Below, one piece after another: positions 12,534 to 24,860 of a stretch of DNA of 64,000 nucleotides. How positions within the stretch are numbered: position 1 is the stretch's first letter; every line of letters starts with the position of its first letter. The translations under genes were made by a program, and so were the position numbers. Below the pieces are notes generated by a model. That model had not been told where the DNA came from and did no database searches. It was given only the letters and a program-made list of their open reading frames with translations. The DNA comes from Paraspadella gotoi (taxonomy: Eukaryota; Animalia; Chaetognatha), in the NCBI GenBank assembly GCA_051294375.1, contig CM119268.1, positions 12,126,356-12,190,355 on the forward strand, given 5' to 3'.

Positions 12534-15500
12534 CTGGGGGTTAGCGAGGGGAAAGAGAAAAGAGGAGTGATTTTGTAAATATATTTCAATTAACAAATTT
12601 ACTTGTGACATCTTGGCTCGTTTTCTGCATTGCTAATAATGAGTCAAATTTCTACATTTTAACGTTTTGAATCGGCCATTGTTTCAATTTACAACCGGTT
12701 CTATCATTGATATAATATATATATAAATTAATATAGCACATATAATACATATCAAAAACCAAAATTATAATAATATAATAATAATAATAAAAAATAAAAA
12801 AAATAAAAAAAATACATATTTTCATTAGCTGAATAATATTGGTACTGCTGGTCCATGGTACTCATTCATGTTTTTTTTACCTCTTTTTTTCTCATTTTTC
12901 TTTCAATGGAATTATGAAAAAAAATGCTTCTGGCCATAACCCAGTTTCTTCTCACTTTATAGGCCACCATAGCTTGAATGACCACTCATGGAAAATGTAA
13001 CCCCACGAAGCATATAGATCAGAAAAAAAATAAGGCATAAAAGGGTTAAAATTTCTATTCACAAAATTTGAAGCGCTGGCAAAAAAATTGCCTCAGGGGG
13101 AAACCTCCAAGGGAGCGCTGTGACAAGGGTTAAAAAAAAAATCCCAGGTTTAGACCGCTTGCTCACTCTTATTCATGATTTCCTGTTTTCATTCATTGCC
13201 TTGACCTGCAAAACATTTTTTTTTCCTTTTTTTAAACTTAAAATGGTAATCGGAAAAAAAACGTATAACAGAAAATCGTAAGGCACCTGGGTGAACACTT
13301 TTGGTTAGGTCAAAACTTCAATCGTAAGTTCAAGGACCTAGAGTTCTGCAGCGTTATTTTTAGAAAAAAATGGGCACAATGGTCGTTTAAAACTCAGCGG
13401 CCATCTTAGAATTTTTCTCAACTTGTTCAAGGAAGACTTGAGCTGCCGGCCAGTGCCGCTGACCATTACGCCAACGTCCAACGCCGCAGCTGCTTCAGCT
13501 GCCGCTTCGCATGGGCAATTGCAGCCATTGCCTCTGGACATAGACGAGGGACGCTGTCGATGGACGGGATCAGCAGCTGTAACTAAAGCCGCATGTCATC
13601 AGCGCTGAAGTGTTGAGACACAAACCATGGTGTTATAATGTCCAAGAACCAATGGGGCAGCCAAAATTTATGGCTTGAGCCAACAAAAAACTTAGATTTA
13701 AATCTTTGAAAAGGACGACTGCCAAAACTTGAGGATATAAGCAAAAGGCATTTTAGAAGCCTAGCCTCGCCTTGAACGCGGAACGATGAAAAGAGCCAAA
13801 GGCCATAGCACTCTCACTAACTCTTCTCTTGTAAGCGAAAATGGCCATTGGCTATGGAACCCTGCTGCTTTGGTATTTCACTTTTGGTCTGCTTTTTTTA
13901 TGATGTGAAAATAATATTGAAGAATTTTTAAATTGTTGTTTAAAATAAATACTAAACCTCTTATATTTAAATTTTTTATACATAAATTTTTTTAAAAAAG
14001 TACTTAACTTTGAAAGTTTTCTTTTTTGCCTCCTATTCTATACTTAACTCTTCAGAACTCAATCCACATGGCACCATCGCCAAATCTAATTTGCAAGAGG
14101 CCAGTTGTGGGAGTGAAGGTTCCTTGCCCTCCTATAACCCTTTCTCTACTATTTCTTTCTCTGTGTACATAAGCGTACGATGAAAACTCCAGCGCTGCCT
14201 CAACTTTTTTTTTCGTTGCCTCATGCAATGTGTGGAGTAGAATGACCCCAGGTTACTATTTCAAAGAGAAGTGAGGAAAACCATGTCACATGAGCCTTGA
14301 CGGGATATGCCCTGAAGGAACCTAAAATTTCAAGAACAATTTGCGCGTGCTTCTTTTCACAAAAGAAGAAGGAAAATAAAGAAATTTAACAGAAGAATAA
14401 ACAAATTCAATGTTACAATTATGCAGTTAACATTTTCAATGCCACACATTGATAAACTATTCTTTTTTTTCGTACTAAAGCATATAATATAAGGTAAAAT
14501 CCCACAAAAGGTAAAGGTGGCAGAAGCATTTTAAAGTCCATTGTCACTCAACCATTACAGGAGAAAATGCTTGTGCCATCTATTCTTTGCGTAAAGGAAA
14601 CGACAAATCAAGACTGCAATATTTCGGCTGTCTAAAAATCAAGAATGGTCAGTTCCTTACACAAAAATTTCAGCGCTGCATGCGATTTACATTTTAGAAG
14701 TAGTTCAAAACTCTCCACTATTATTAAAGTTTCACAAATTATTTTAAAATCTCTTTACAGTAGTTGAAATTAAATTAAAAAAAGAAAGCGTTTTAATGAA
14801 GTGAACTAATTCTACTGTATAAAATAACTGACCTAATTTTTAACTGAAAAAAAAAAGAAAGTGTCCCCAAATTTTTTTTTCATTCCCATGAATGAAACAT
14901 AAATTTTTTTCAATGGCACCATTGAAATTAATGTTCTACAAAAAAGTATTCACAACGCTTTGATAACGATATGAATCGCTTTTGCTTGTCTTTTACACGA
15001 AAAGGGTTTATAGGGGTCAAAAATCAACCTCTCGAAATCCTTCTGCTAAATTATGCTGGCCGAATGGACATGGCTGGTCGTTTGTAGGCGCAAAGCGAAT
15101 TTACGCCTAACATCAGCGCTGCAGGAAAAAAAATTTTTCGACAAAATTCAATTGTTTGCGTAGCAATCTAACAATGAATTTCATTACCTGAGGCTTTTAA
15201 ATGGAGAGTGGAAAGTGGTGATCACTCATGCTATAAATAGCAGGCGTTAGATTCTACAAATCTAATATTCCTTTTAATCTGCAGCGCTGGTCTTTCTCTC
15301 GCCTAATGATTTTTTTTATGTTTTCAGTCAACGAAAAGCTCTCCGCTAAAAAAAATTGTTCACTTGGTTAGTTTACGATATGTACGCTGTTAATAGGTTA
15401 TTCATTTAAAAATATTTCTATAAAATAAAGTAAAAAATGCGATTAGATAGTATTATCTGAAGAATAAACTTACATATTTTTAAGAGGAAAAACCATGGAA

Positions 15501-15838
15501 AATAGCGAGGAACACGAGACAGTAAATAAAGCGTTCTCGACGGTAAAATGAAAACAATGGCAACAAAAAAATACCCAGCAACTATTAAAAAGTTCAAAAA
15601 GAGGTCAAAAGAAAAAAAATTTTAAAGAGAGATATTAGAAAAAAAATTTGACCTCATTCTTATCAATTCAGAAATAAAATCTTGGTTAAAAATGAAATAA
15701 GATTTTATATGCTTTCATACAATTTGGCAAAAAAAACCAAACTTTTAGCCAACCTAAGTCGATTCAGTGTACATATGTTTGACATATTTGTGATACAATC
15801 AACAAAACTTTCTCGTAATTTGTTTCGCAATAACTTAC

Positions 15839-15890
15839 CGACAATATTTGATTTTCTTTGTTGCGGTCTGTCCTGCTTTCGCCGAGACAT
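15839..15890 (-). CDS. BCL11: BCL11-family transcription factor, coding exon 1 (NuRD-binding N-terminus MSRRKQDRPQQRKSNIV)
   Basis: ATG at 15890; MSRRKQxxPQ motif of BCL11/SALL/FOG proteins; donor G|GTAAGT at 15838, phase 1, splices in frame (G+CC=Ala) to the exon at 12533. Confidence 0.88.
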
Positions 15891-18448
15891 CACGTCAACT
15901 GTATAAAAAATATGAGAGTTTCAGCTTTTATTTTTTAAATTTTCTTAAATTCATAAATAATGGAAATATATAAATTTTAACGTTTTGACAAAAATATAAA
16001 AGATATTTCCTTTCCCCAATTCTTTTTATTTAAGAATTTGAACTCACTTCGCCACTTCGTCTTAAGGGCCGGGTACGGCTCTCGTCCGCACACACAGTCC
16101 TTTTCGCTCTCTCTCACTCGCTCTCTCTCTCTCTCTGCCGGCCAAACGGCAGGCTTTCCTTAGCTGGACCGGTTACACCACCGCCGAGGCCCAGCGAGCT
16201 TCGAGGGGGTCGAGAGGAACTGGGGAAATAGGGTAGATTATCGACGGGCCCGAGGGTTTTCCAAGGGCTCGTCATGGCGATTCTCGGTCGCACATGTTCA
16301 AAAAAAAAAATGTTTTAATGTTATTCTGTTTATTTATATATAAGTTGCACAATTTACATTGTAAATTTGCTCGTAAACTCATTGGTGAGGAAAGCCCGCC
16401 AACGATTTTTATTGTCATTTTCATTGCAAATAAAATTACATCATAAACTGGCGCACGCTAAGTTCATTTTATGTTGTTTAACTTCTTGATTAGTATAATT
16501 ATAATGAGAAAAACGTAAGGATTTGAACTGAGACCTTCCTATCCACGAGCTGAAGCTCGGGTAGAGTCGCCAACTTTACTTTTATGTCACTACAAATTAT
16601 AGCGTCTTTTGTTATCCATTGTAAAACAATGGTTCAATATATAGTTTGTAGCAATCAGCTAATTTTGAATTCCTTTGCTTTTTTACCTTAATACTAAACT
16701 ACTAAGTCTATTATTGCGCATCAATATAAAATTGATTAATACTTCACCTACTGTTCATTTATTATTAACTAATTTAGCGCCACCTACAAACGTTTCAAAT
16801 TAAGTCGTGAAATGGAGAAGATTTCTTCGGAACCAAAAAATTCGAGGAAATTTTCACATTCCATTTTTAAAAGGCGAAAGCACAAATTAAGAGACCAAAT
16901 TTTTATAAACGGAGAGAAACGGCTATGGAGTGATTAGAAAATAAGTATATAATTAGGATTTCAGTTTTTACATCCTGAATTCGTCAACAAATGATTATTG
17001 ATTAATGAGCTTAATCAAGGTCAAGTAAATATCTTTACCTTCTTAACCAGACAAACGAAAACCAAAGAACGAGCGTTATTGTGAGTAAATCCAACGCATA
17101 ATCCCGTAAATTAACGGCGAGTAAGATAGGAGCTTTAATCCGCGGTGTCTATCTATCACGCGCATTTTTTTATTTCTGTTTTCGATTGGCGAGGAAGGTA
17201 AGTACGCGAGGAAATCCGAGCGCTTGAGAGAAGAATTTGTCGACACCGAGGAGAGAGGGCGCTTCACCCGGGGGGAAAAAAAGAGCGAGGTAAGGACGAA
17301 GTAAGGCACCGATCGTTTCGAAACGAAGATCCCAGCTTTTTTTTTTTTTTTTGGTTTTTTTATTTTACTTTCGAAACAAAGACTTTGGTCTTTTTTATGT
17401 TTGGACGCAACACGTGTTTGAATATCTCTCTCTCTCTTTCTCTGAACCCAGTTGAACGGAGAAAGAGAGAGAGAGAGATAAAAATGAAAAAAAAAAATAA
17501 TATTCGGCGGAGGGACAGATCAACGCGAAATCGAGAGAAGCAGAATTTGAAATCGTCGCTTCAGTCGATGAGGACGACGAATGGACATTCGATCGTTCGA
17601 GGTGACGTTTTCCCTTTCGCCTCCGTAACCACCGTACTTTGACCGGTGCGCACAAAACCGGGTTGACTGACCGTAACTCGACTGGTTCCCTTCGCTTTCG
17701 TCCGATCCGGCGATTTAATTTTTTTTTTCTCCCGAGCGAATATCGATTTTTTTTTTCCTGTTTATTTTAAATTTTTTTTTTTCTTTCTCTCTCTTTCCCG
17801 CCGAGTTGAATCTCGAGAGCGCGGGGCTGCTGGCCTCTCTCTCAGCGGATTCGGACTGACCACGAAAACGATCGACAACCACACGGATATTCCGCAAATT
17901 CGATAAACATTTTTTTTTTACTGTGTGTTATTATCGTTGATAGATCCGAACCGCTGCGAACGTCGTCGTCGTCGTCGTCTTTGTCGTCGTCAGAATTTCC
18001 CGTATTTTCGTTTATTACAACCTTTTTTTTCGTCGGCCAAAAAAAAAAAAAGGGTCAAAAGAAACGAAGGAATAAGATGAGCGAGAAATGTGGCAGAAGC
18101 GAACGAGAAACGTGGCTTTTCTTGAGTTTACGATACGAAAGACAGAAATGTACGTAATAGGAATCCCGATGACTTTTGTTTTTGTTGACTTTTTTGTTTA
18201 TAAACAAAAAAAAGAATCGAGTAATACTTTGTGATGATACTCCGTTGCGGTCCTTCCTTGCCCCACACCCTGCGGACACAAAAATTTTGAAAATGAAAAA
18301 AAAAAGTTAGGTCGATCTCTCTCTCTCTCTCTCTCAATTTCGAGTCATTGTGTGTGTATGTGTGTGTGAAGATTTTTACTGCGATCTCTCTCCGCAGAAG
18401 GGAGAAAGGGAAGGACCTTGGCCAGCCAGAGAAAGAATATTAAGAGAG

Positions 18449-18508
<60 letters not shown>

Positions 18509-18587
18509 AAAAAGATCGATTCAAAAGATTTTTTTTTCAAATAGGCGAAGCGGTCGAAAGAGCTTCGAGGGGTCGAGCTAGAGAGAA

Positions 18588-18620
<33 letters not shown>

Positions 18621-20141
18621 AAGAAAGAAAGAGCATTGTCACGGCGTGTATTAAAAATGCTCCCCCGCTTCTTTCTCCCGTCTTTCAACCGCTAGAGAAA
18701 GAGAGAGAAAAATAAGAAAAATCGAACTTGTTATGTCCAGAGATCGGAGTGAAGAAACTGCCAGTAATGTTTGAGTTTAAATTTAAATTTCAAGAGAGAG
18801 AGAGAGAGATAGAGGTTCAAGGCGATTGGACAACCGGAGAGATTTTTGAAAAAAAAGGGAGGGACGGAATGAGGAAGAGGAAGGGGTCCGGTTGGAGATC
18901 TCTCTTTCTCTCGCTTGTCCCTCTCTTTCTCTCTCTCTCGTTGGACCAAAAAAAAGTGTGTGAGAGAGCGGACGAGTCAGAGAGTCTTTTTCCCTTAAAT
19001 TTTTTTCGTTCAATTTCTTTTTTTTTTCTTCAAACTCAGCCTTAAACTCCCTTGTGTGCGTAGTTTTTTTTTTTTTTTTTTTTTTTCTCCTGTCCCATCC
19101 TCTTCTTCTTCTTCTTCCCCCTGTCTTCCTCTTCCTCTTCTTCATCGTCCTCCTCATCCACCTCCCAGTTTTTCTGGCCAGGACCTTTGCTCCCCGCGTG
19201 GCGCGGTCCAGATTCGAAGACCGGGGGAAATATCGGAGATTAATTTTGAGAGAATTCCGCGTCACACTTCGATTTTTTAACTCGCGTCGGGCGACTTGAG
19301 TAATCTTTTAAATTTGTAAAAATATTTTAGAAAAGGAATAATATCTTAAATTTTAACTTAATCTGACTGAAATACTACAATCATACTATAGTATAATATT
19401 TTGATGTCTAGGTTTTTATTATTGTTTCAAATGTTATATTACCGTATAAAATTTAATACTTAAGTCATAATTTTCTTAAATATTATGAAAGAATAAAGAT
19501 AGATTGAAAAGAAATTAATGTTTTAATTTTAATCTTACATAAATTTTCTAAATATTTCTCATTTATAAAAATATTTAACCTAAAAACTTATTTAAATATA
19601 AACTTTTAAAAGATTAAATTATGATTATCATTAAAATAAAACCAAATATTGAAACAACTAGAAATCTGATATAAGTTACTTTTTGAATTGAGTTAATTTT
19701 AAAAAGAATTTCGTGCCGATTATCACGAGGTCGAACTTTTGATAGCGTATATCCCGTAAATGCTTTGGCCACGATGTGCAGATCACGAAACATTGAAGAA
19801 ACCTTTGTGTAATCCGAAATTCGCCTTCAGTTTTCCGTTTTCTTTTTATCCAACTTATCTTTTTTCTCCACTAGAGAGTCAAGAATGCCCTTTTGTTTTG
19901 AGAGACAGGATGCGCTGGCGTTTTGTTTACGAAAAGAAGACGAGGGTTTTGTTTTCTTTTTCAACGTGTTTCGCTGAGGATTCGAGATTTCGGTCGCTTC
20001 GTTATTCAGTCCCAAGTCTCCCTCGACGGAGAAAGCGACGTTAGTTTAAACCGAAGGGACCAGAAAAAAAAATTCAGGTTTCAAAAAAAAAAAAATTCAG
20101 GTTTCAGGCTGGACTACGATGGACAGAAAGAGAATAAAACT

Positions 20142-20238
<97 letters not shown>

Positions 20239-20297
20239 CTCTGCTCGGGTTATGAATGAACCGCTCGAATAGGTTAGACCCGAAACGCCGGCCAATG

Positions 20298-20366
<69 letters not shown>

Positions 20367-20368
20367 CT

Positions 20369-20409
<41 letters not shown>

Positions 20410-20910
20410 ATTTTTTCACTGTTGCTCTCAGGTAAAAATCAAACAAAAAAACCTCGATTGGTCAACACACTTTATAATCAGTCGAAAACTTCAGTGATTC
20501 AAGTTTGTGTTCTTCACATTTAAGCGAGTTTAAAGAAATGTGTGTATTGCGAGGATGACCACATAATGTATAGTAATAAAGTGTATTTATTTAATTGTGT
20601 ATTCGCGAGTGATTTAATAGAAAGAAAGAAAAACTCATCGGGTGTCAATATAGAAGTGAAACCAAAACAATCCTAGGTATTTCTGGGTACAATTATTTAG
20701 GAACGAAAACTACGAAGTTGTTCAGGCAATTCTAAAAAAACTAGAACCCTGCGTCTCCCAGCCCTGTCGAGAATGATTTCGTAGGGAGATCGACTGCGAA
20801 CTTCAAAGCGCCAACTCTTTAGATAATCGCGTTGGGTCCAATCGTCATCTCAAAATTTCAAGCCCGCGAATCCAGGAAAGGAACCAGTTTTCGTACAAAC
20901 TGTCGTCGCG

Positions 20911-20944
<34 letters not shown>

Positions 20945-21251
20945 GGCCTACTGAGATTCGGCGTCATCCTTTGTCGTCGTCGTTCCTGTCACGTTTTCCG
21001 CACTTGGTAGTCGTGATACGCGGACTGCAATCGCCGTCGTCCATCGCCGTCGCTGTCACCGGTCAATGACCCTGTCATCGTCAAAGTCATCGTCATCATT
21101 CGCTTCATCGACTGAAAAAGGGAATTAAAGATGAAGGAAACGAATTCTTTTTCGGTGACGCAAAGACTTATTTTCGTCGTCGTCTTAACCGAAGGTTGAC
21201 GCTCGTTGAACCGAGTGTATTAGTCAAGAAATAATATTATAAAGATTGAGG

Positions 21252-21410
21252 AACCAAGTTCTGGGCGTTTAAGCCTTTCACCGTTTCCACCACGAAGGTT
21301 CCATCAACCAAGTTCTGAGCGTTTAAGCCTTTCACCGTTTCCATCACGAAGGTTCCATCAACCAAGTTCTGGGCGTTTAAGCCTTTCACCGTTTCCATCA
21401 CGAAAGTTCC
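21252..21410. repeat. Tandem repeat, 54-bp unit x3
   Basis: AACCAAGTTCTG(G/A)GCGTTTAAGCCTTTCACCGTTTCCA(C/T)CACGAAGGTTCCATC begins at 21252, 21306 and 21360. Confidence 0.95.
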
Positions 21411-24400
21411 TATGGATTCGTAGACGAAACTCTGTCGACTCAATTGGTCACGTTCATTGACGGAGAAATGTCTAGACGACGAATCGACAATTAATCTTTT
21501 TCCCCCCAATTCACTCTTTTCTCTCCTCCCTCTTTACTCCCCTGTTCTCTATGATTCATCCATTCTTCCTCTTGAAAACTAACGAAGAAGAAAAAGAAAA
21601 AGAAAATATCGATTCCATCTCGAGCGATTCCATCAGAAACGTCCGAAGGTCCGAGGATCCAAGTCCAGGTGACAAAAAGATTTTTTTTGCTTCGCCGTGT
21701 CCCTCCTCCGTCACCCCCCCCCATTTGCCACCCCTCCTCCACCCCCTTGGTCCTCTCCACCTCCGCTTCGAGAAAGAGAGAGAGAGAGAGGTCGGTCTTA
21801 ATTGGGGCGACTCGCGGGGATCAATTCCTCCCGTAGCGGCGAGGGTTCAGCCTTTTCTGGGTGAACGTCGGCCAAGAAAAGGGGGGGGAAAGAGATGAAA
21901 ATGGGGGGGCGGTTTGTTGTGTGTAGAGAAGAGATGGGGGGGCGGTGGTGAGAATTGACCGCCCTCGACCGGACTGGAGAGGAGGAAGAAGAGGAAGAGG
22001 AGGAAGAGGATTTTTCCGTTATCGTAAAACTCGTTCAAAGAGGATCGAGCGGTAAATGCCGCTGCATGAAGTGCACCCGCCCCCCCCCTTTTACTCCCTT
22101 CTCCCTTCGCCGACCCTCCGCCGGATTCGTACAGAGATTCCCACCCCCACGAGGGGTTTAGGCTATTTGGGTGACTGGAGGACCGAGTTTCTGGGTGAGT
22201 TTCGATCGAGAGCGAGGGTTGAACGGACGATCGAATTCGCTTTTCGATTCGGCGGTAAAGGATCGTTCACGAATCGACGGACGGCTGTTGATTAGTTGAC
22301 TGACATTTTGGACCTGGTCCACTGAGCAATGACTTATTGAATGAAAGAGTCCACGATTCGACTTCGGTCTTTTGTATGGCAAAGCTTATGTGACAAATGA
22401 TTGAATGACTTTAAAGGGCTCATTATGTTCTCATGATTTAAACTGACCGAACAACCCAACAACTTTTTGATGGATTAGTTGCTCATCATTTCACTATTAG
22501 TTGAACCCAGAAGATATGTGGACAACGAAATTTGTTCTTCGCTGATTGATCTCTGACTAAATTCTATCACAACTATTCATTCAATATATATCAATACATT
22601 GATAAACATTTAAACCTCGAAACGCTTTTCCAACATCCTTTATCTCTCCGGGACATCCGTTCCCATCCCTATTATCCTCCTTTTCCCCAACCATGTCCAT
22701 TAGAGTGGAGCTCTCGGGAACACAAATTTTATTTAAGATATGTCGCAATCATAATTATACGTATAATAATATAATTATTAAGTACAACAAATATTATTTT
22801 TTTCTGAGTGGAACAGTATCGAAAAAAAAAAAAACTTTTCGAAATTTTTTTTGATGATTCAGATTCCTCATAAAAAGTTAAACGAAAAGTATCAAAAACA
22901 TTTTTTTAAAATTTCTCATGTCTTTTGTATCAAAAATGAAAAAAAAATTAAATTTTCAACTTTTTTCTGCCTGTAGTAAAAACTATTATATGACGAAACA
23001 TTTTATTCATTTTTCACAACCTTAAAATTAAAATATCATATAACATATTTTACAAAAGTTTCCTAATTTTTTCTTCCAAATCTGAATCTACTTTTAAAAT
23101 TAAAAAAAAACATTTTGAAATTTTATGAATTTAATATAATATATTATAATATATATATATTTATATATACAAAGGCAGCAAAAAAATATTGTGACATCTT
23201 TAAATCTTTTCATCACTCCACCCTAATGTCCATCCCTCGCCCTGCCTCGCCCATGCCCCCCCAATCCTTCCAGGCCCTGCTTGACCCTCCTTCCCATAAA
23301 ATCATAACCCCTTTGAATAATTCGGGATAAACGGAAATCGGGGCGAAAAGGAAAAAAAAGAGGCGATTGTCATTCGCTCTTCGGCGCAAGAAATAAAAAA
23401 CACGACAACAACGACGACGACGATGAACACAACAACAACAACTGAGAAGATCACAACAGAAACGTCGACGACGATTATGACAACGATAGGATGGCAACGA
23501 CGACGACAACGTCCATGTTTATAACTAGTATGCGCTGCATTGTCTAAATTAACTTCTCTGAAACGGATCCGAATATAATTCGCTTGTTGATTCGTTATCA
23601 TGTTTGACCTTGATTGGAATTTTACAGGATTCAATGGACTCATTTTCCTTTGTCAAAAGCCTGATAACCTTATTTAGACAAACCAAAACCACTGATTAAT
23701 ATCAGCATTTCTGAATTTTATAAAATTCAATAAAAAAAATGTTGGTGAGAATTGATGGAAACTATGAGTTTATTCAGTCGGAAGGGAAGGTCTCAACATC
23801 TTTCAAAAGTTTCACATTGATCTTCATCTACCAGATGGGCTCGTTTAAGCTAATTGTTATAATTTTAAACTAATGTGTCTGTAGGTTTCAAAATTCATAT
23901 TATATTGGTTGTTCAATTTCATTTTATTGGGAATCGTAAATATTTTGATTTTTGAATGATTCTACGAGAATAATGGAAGCAGGTGAGAAAAAGAATTGAG
24001 GTCACTCGAGATTTTCATCGGAGATGACAAAAAGACGACGATGGCGACGACGACGATGAGGACCAAGACGACGACGGCGCCGGCGGCAATAGAACCGGTA
24101 GACAAAGATTCTCACGCCGTTCGAAGCGACGACAATGACAAAACGAGTACATGGAGAAGGAAGACAAAGACAGTCGAACCGAAGACGAAAATAACGACGG
24201 TCAAAAAACCGCGATGCTCGGAATCCGTTGGCTCGACTTTGATCGTAAAATTTTTTTGGTAAATTAACTTATTATTAAAATTATTACGCGTGCGCCAGTT
24301 TATGAAATAGGTCATTCATGAAACATGTTTGAGCAAACAATGTCGGATCTGCCTACGATAATTAAGCGGTAATCAGCTAGTTAGATGATAAATCACGAAA

Positions 24401-24507
24401 ATTTTTTCAATTTGTGATACTAAATTATCATAACAGATCGTAAAATACCAAACCAATGGCTGCGCCAATACACAAATAATTTTTTTAACTATTATTATTT
24501 TTTAAAT

Positions 24508-24860
24508 TTGCATCATTTTTTTCACTTGTATCATTTTTTTCACTTGTATCATTTTTTTCACTTGCATAATTTTTTTCACTTGCATCAATTTTTCAACTTG
24601 CATCATTTTTTTAGTTTTTTGTTAAGGGGACGGACGGACAGACGGACGGACGGACAGACGGACAGAAAGACTCACAGACAGACAGACAGACAGACAGACA
24701 CACGGGCGGACGGACATAATTTTTTTTGCATAATTTATCATAATTCGATGTTCTGACATAATTTAAATGAATCACCGACAAGATTGAGGAGGTGGACCAA
24801 CGGACCGACAAAGTGGATTGTAGAGTCCGGAACTACTGTTAAGCAGATCCGATTAAAAAT
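24508..24860 (+). mobile_element. Probable non-autonomous Helentron/HINE-like remnant (18-bp tandem array plus GGAC/AGAC microsatellite)
   Basis: About 6 copies of TTG(C/T)ATCATTTTTTTCAC (24508-24610), then (GGAC)n(AGAC)n (24628-24715), then GGACCAACGGACCGACAAAGTGGATTGTAGAGTC. This layout resembles DINE-1/Pearl-type elements; the terminal hairpin is degraded. Confidence 0.45.

Noticed and set aside
11798-12611. Overlapping ORFs 11798-12544(+), 12119-12589(-), 12213-12611(-)
   Set aside because: Shadow frames of the GC-rich BCL11 exon 2
23302-23643. Val-rich transmembrane-like ORF
   Set aside because: Derived from (GTC/GTT)n repeats
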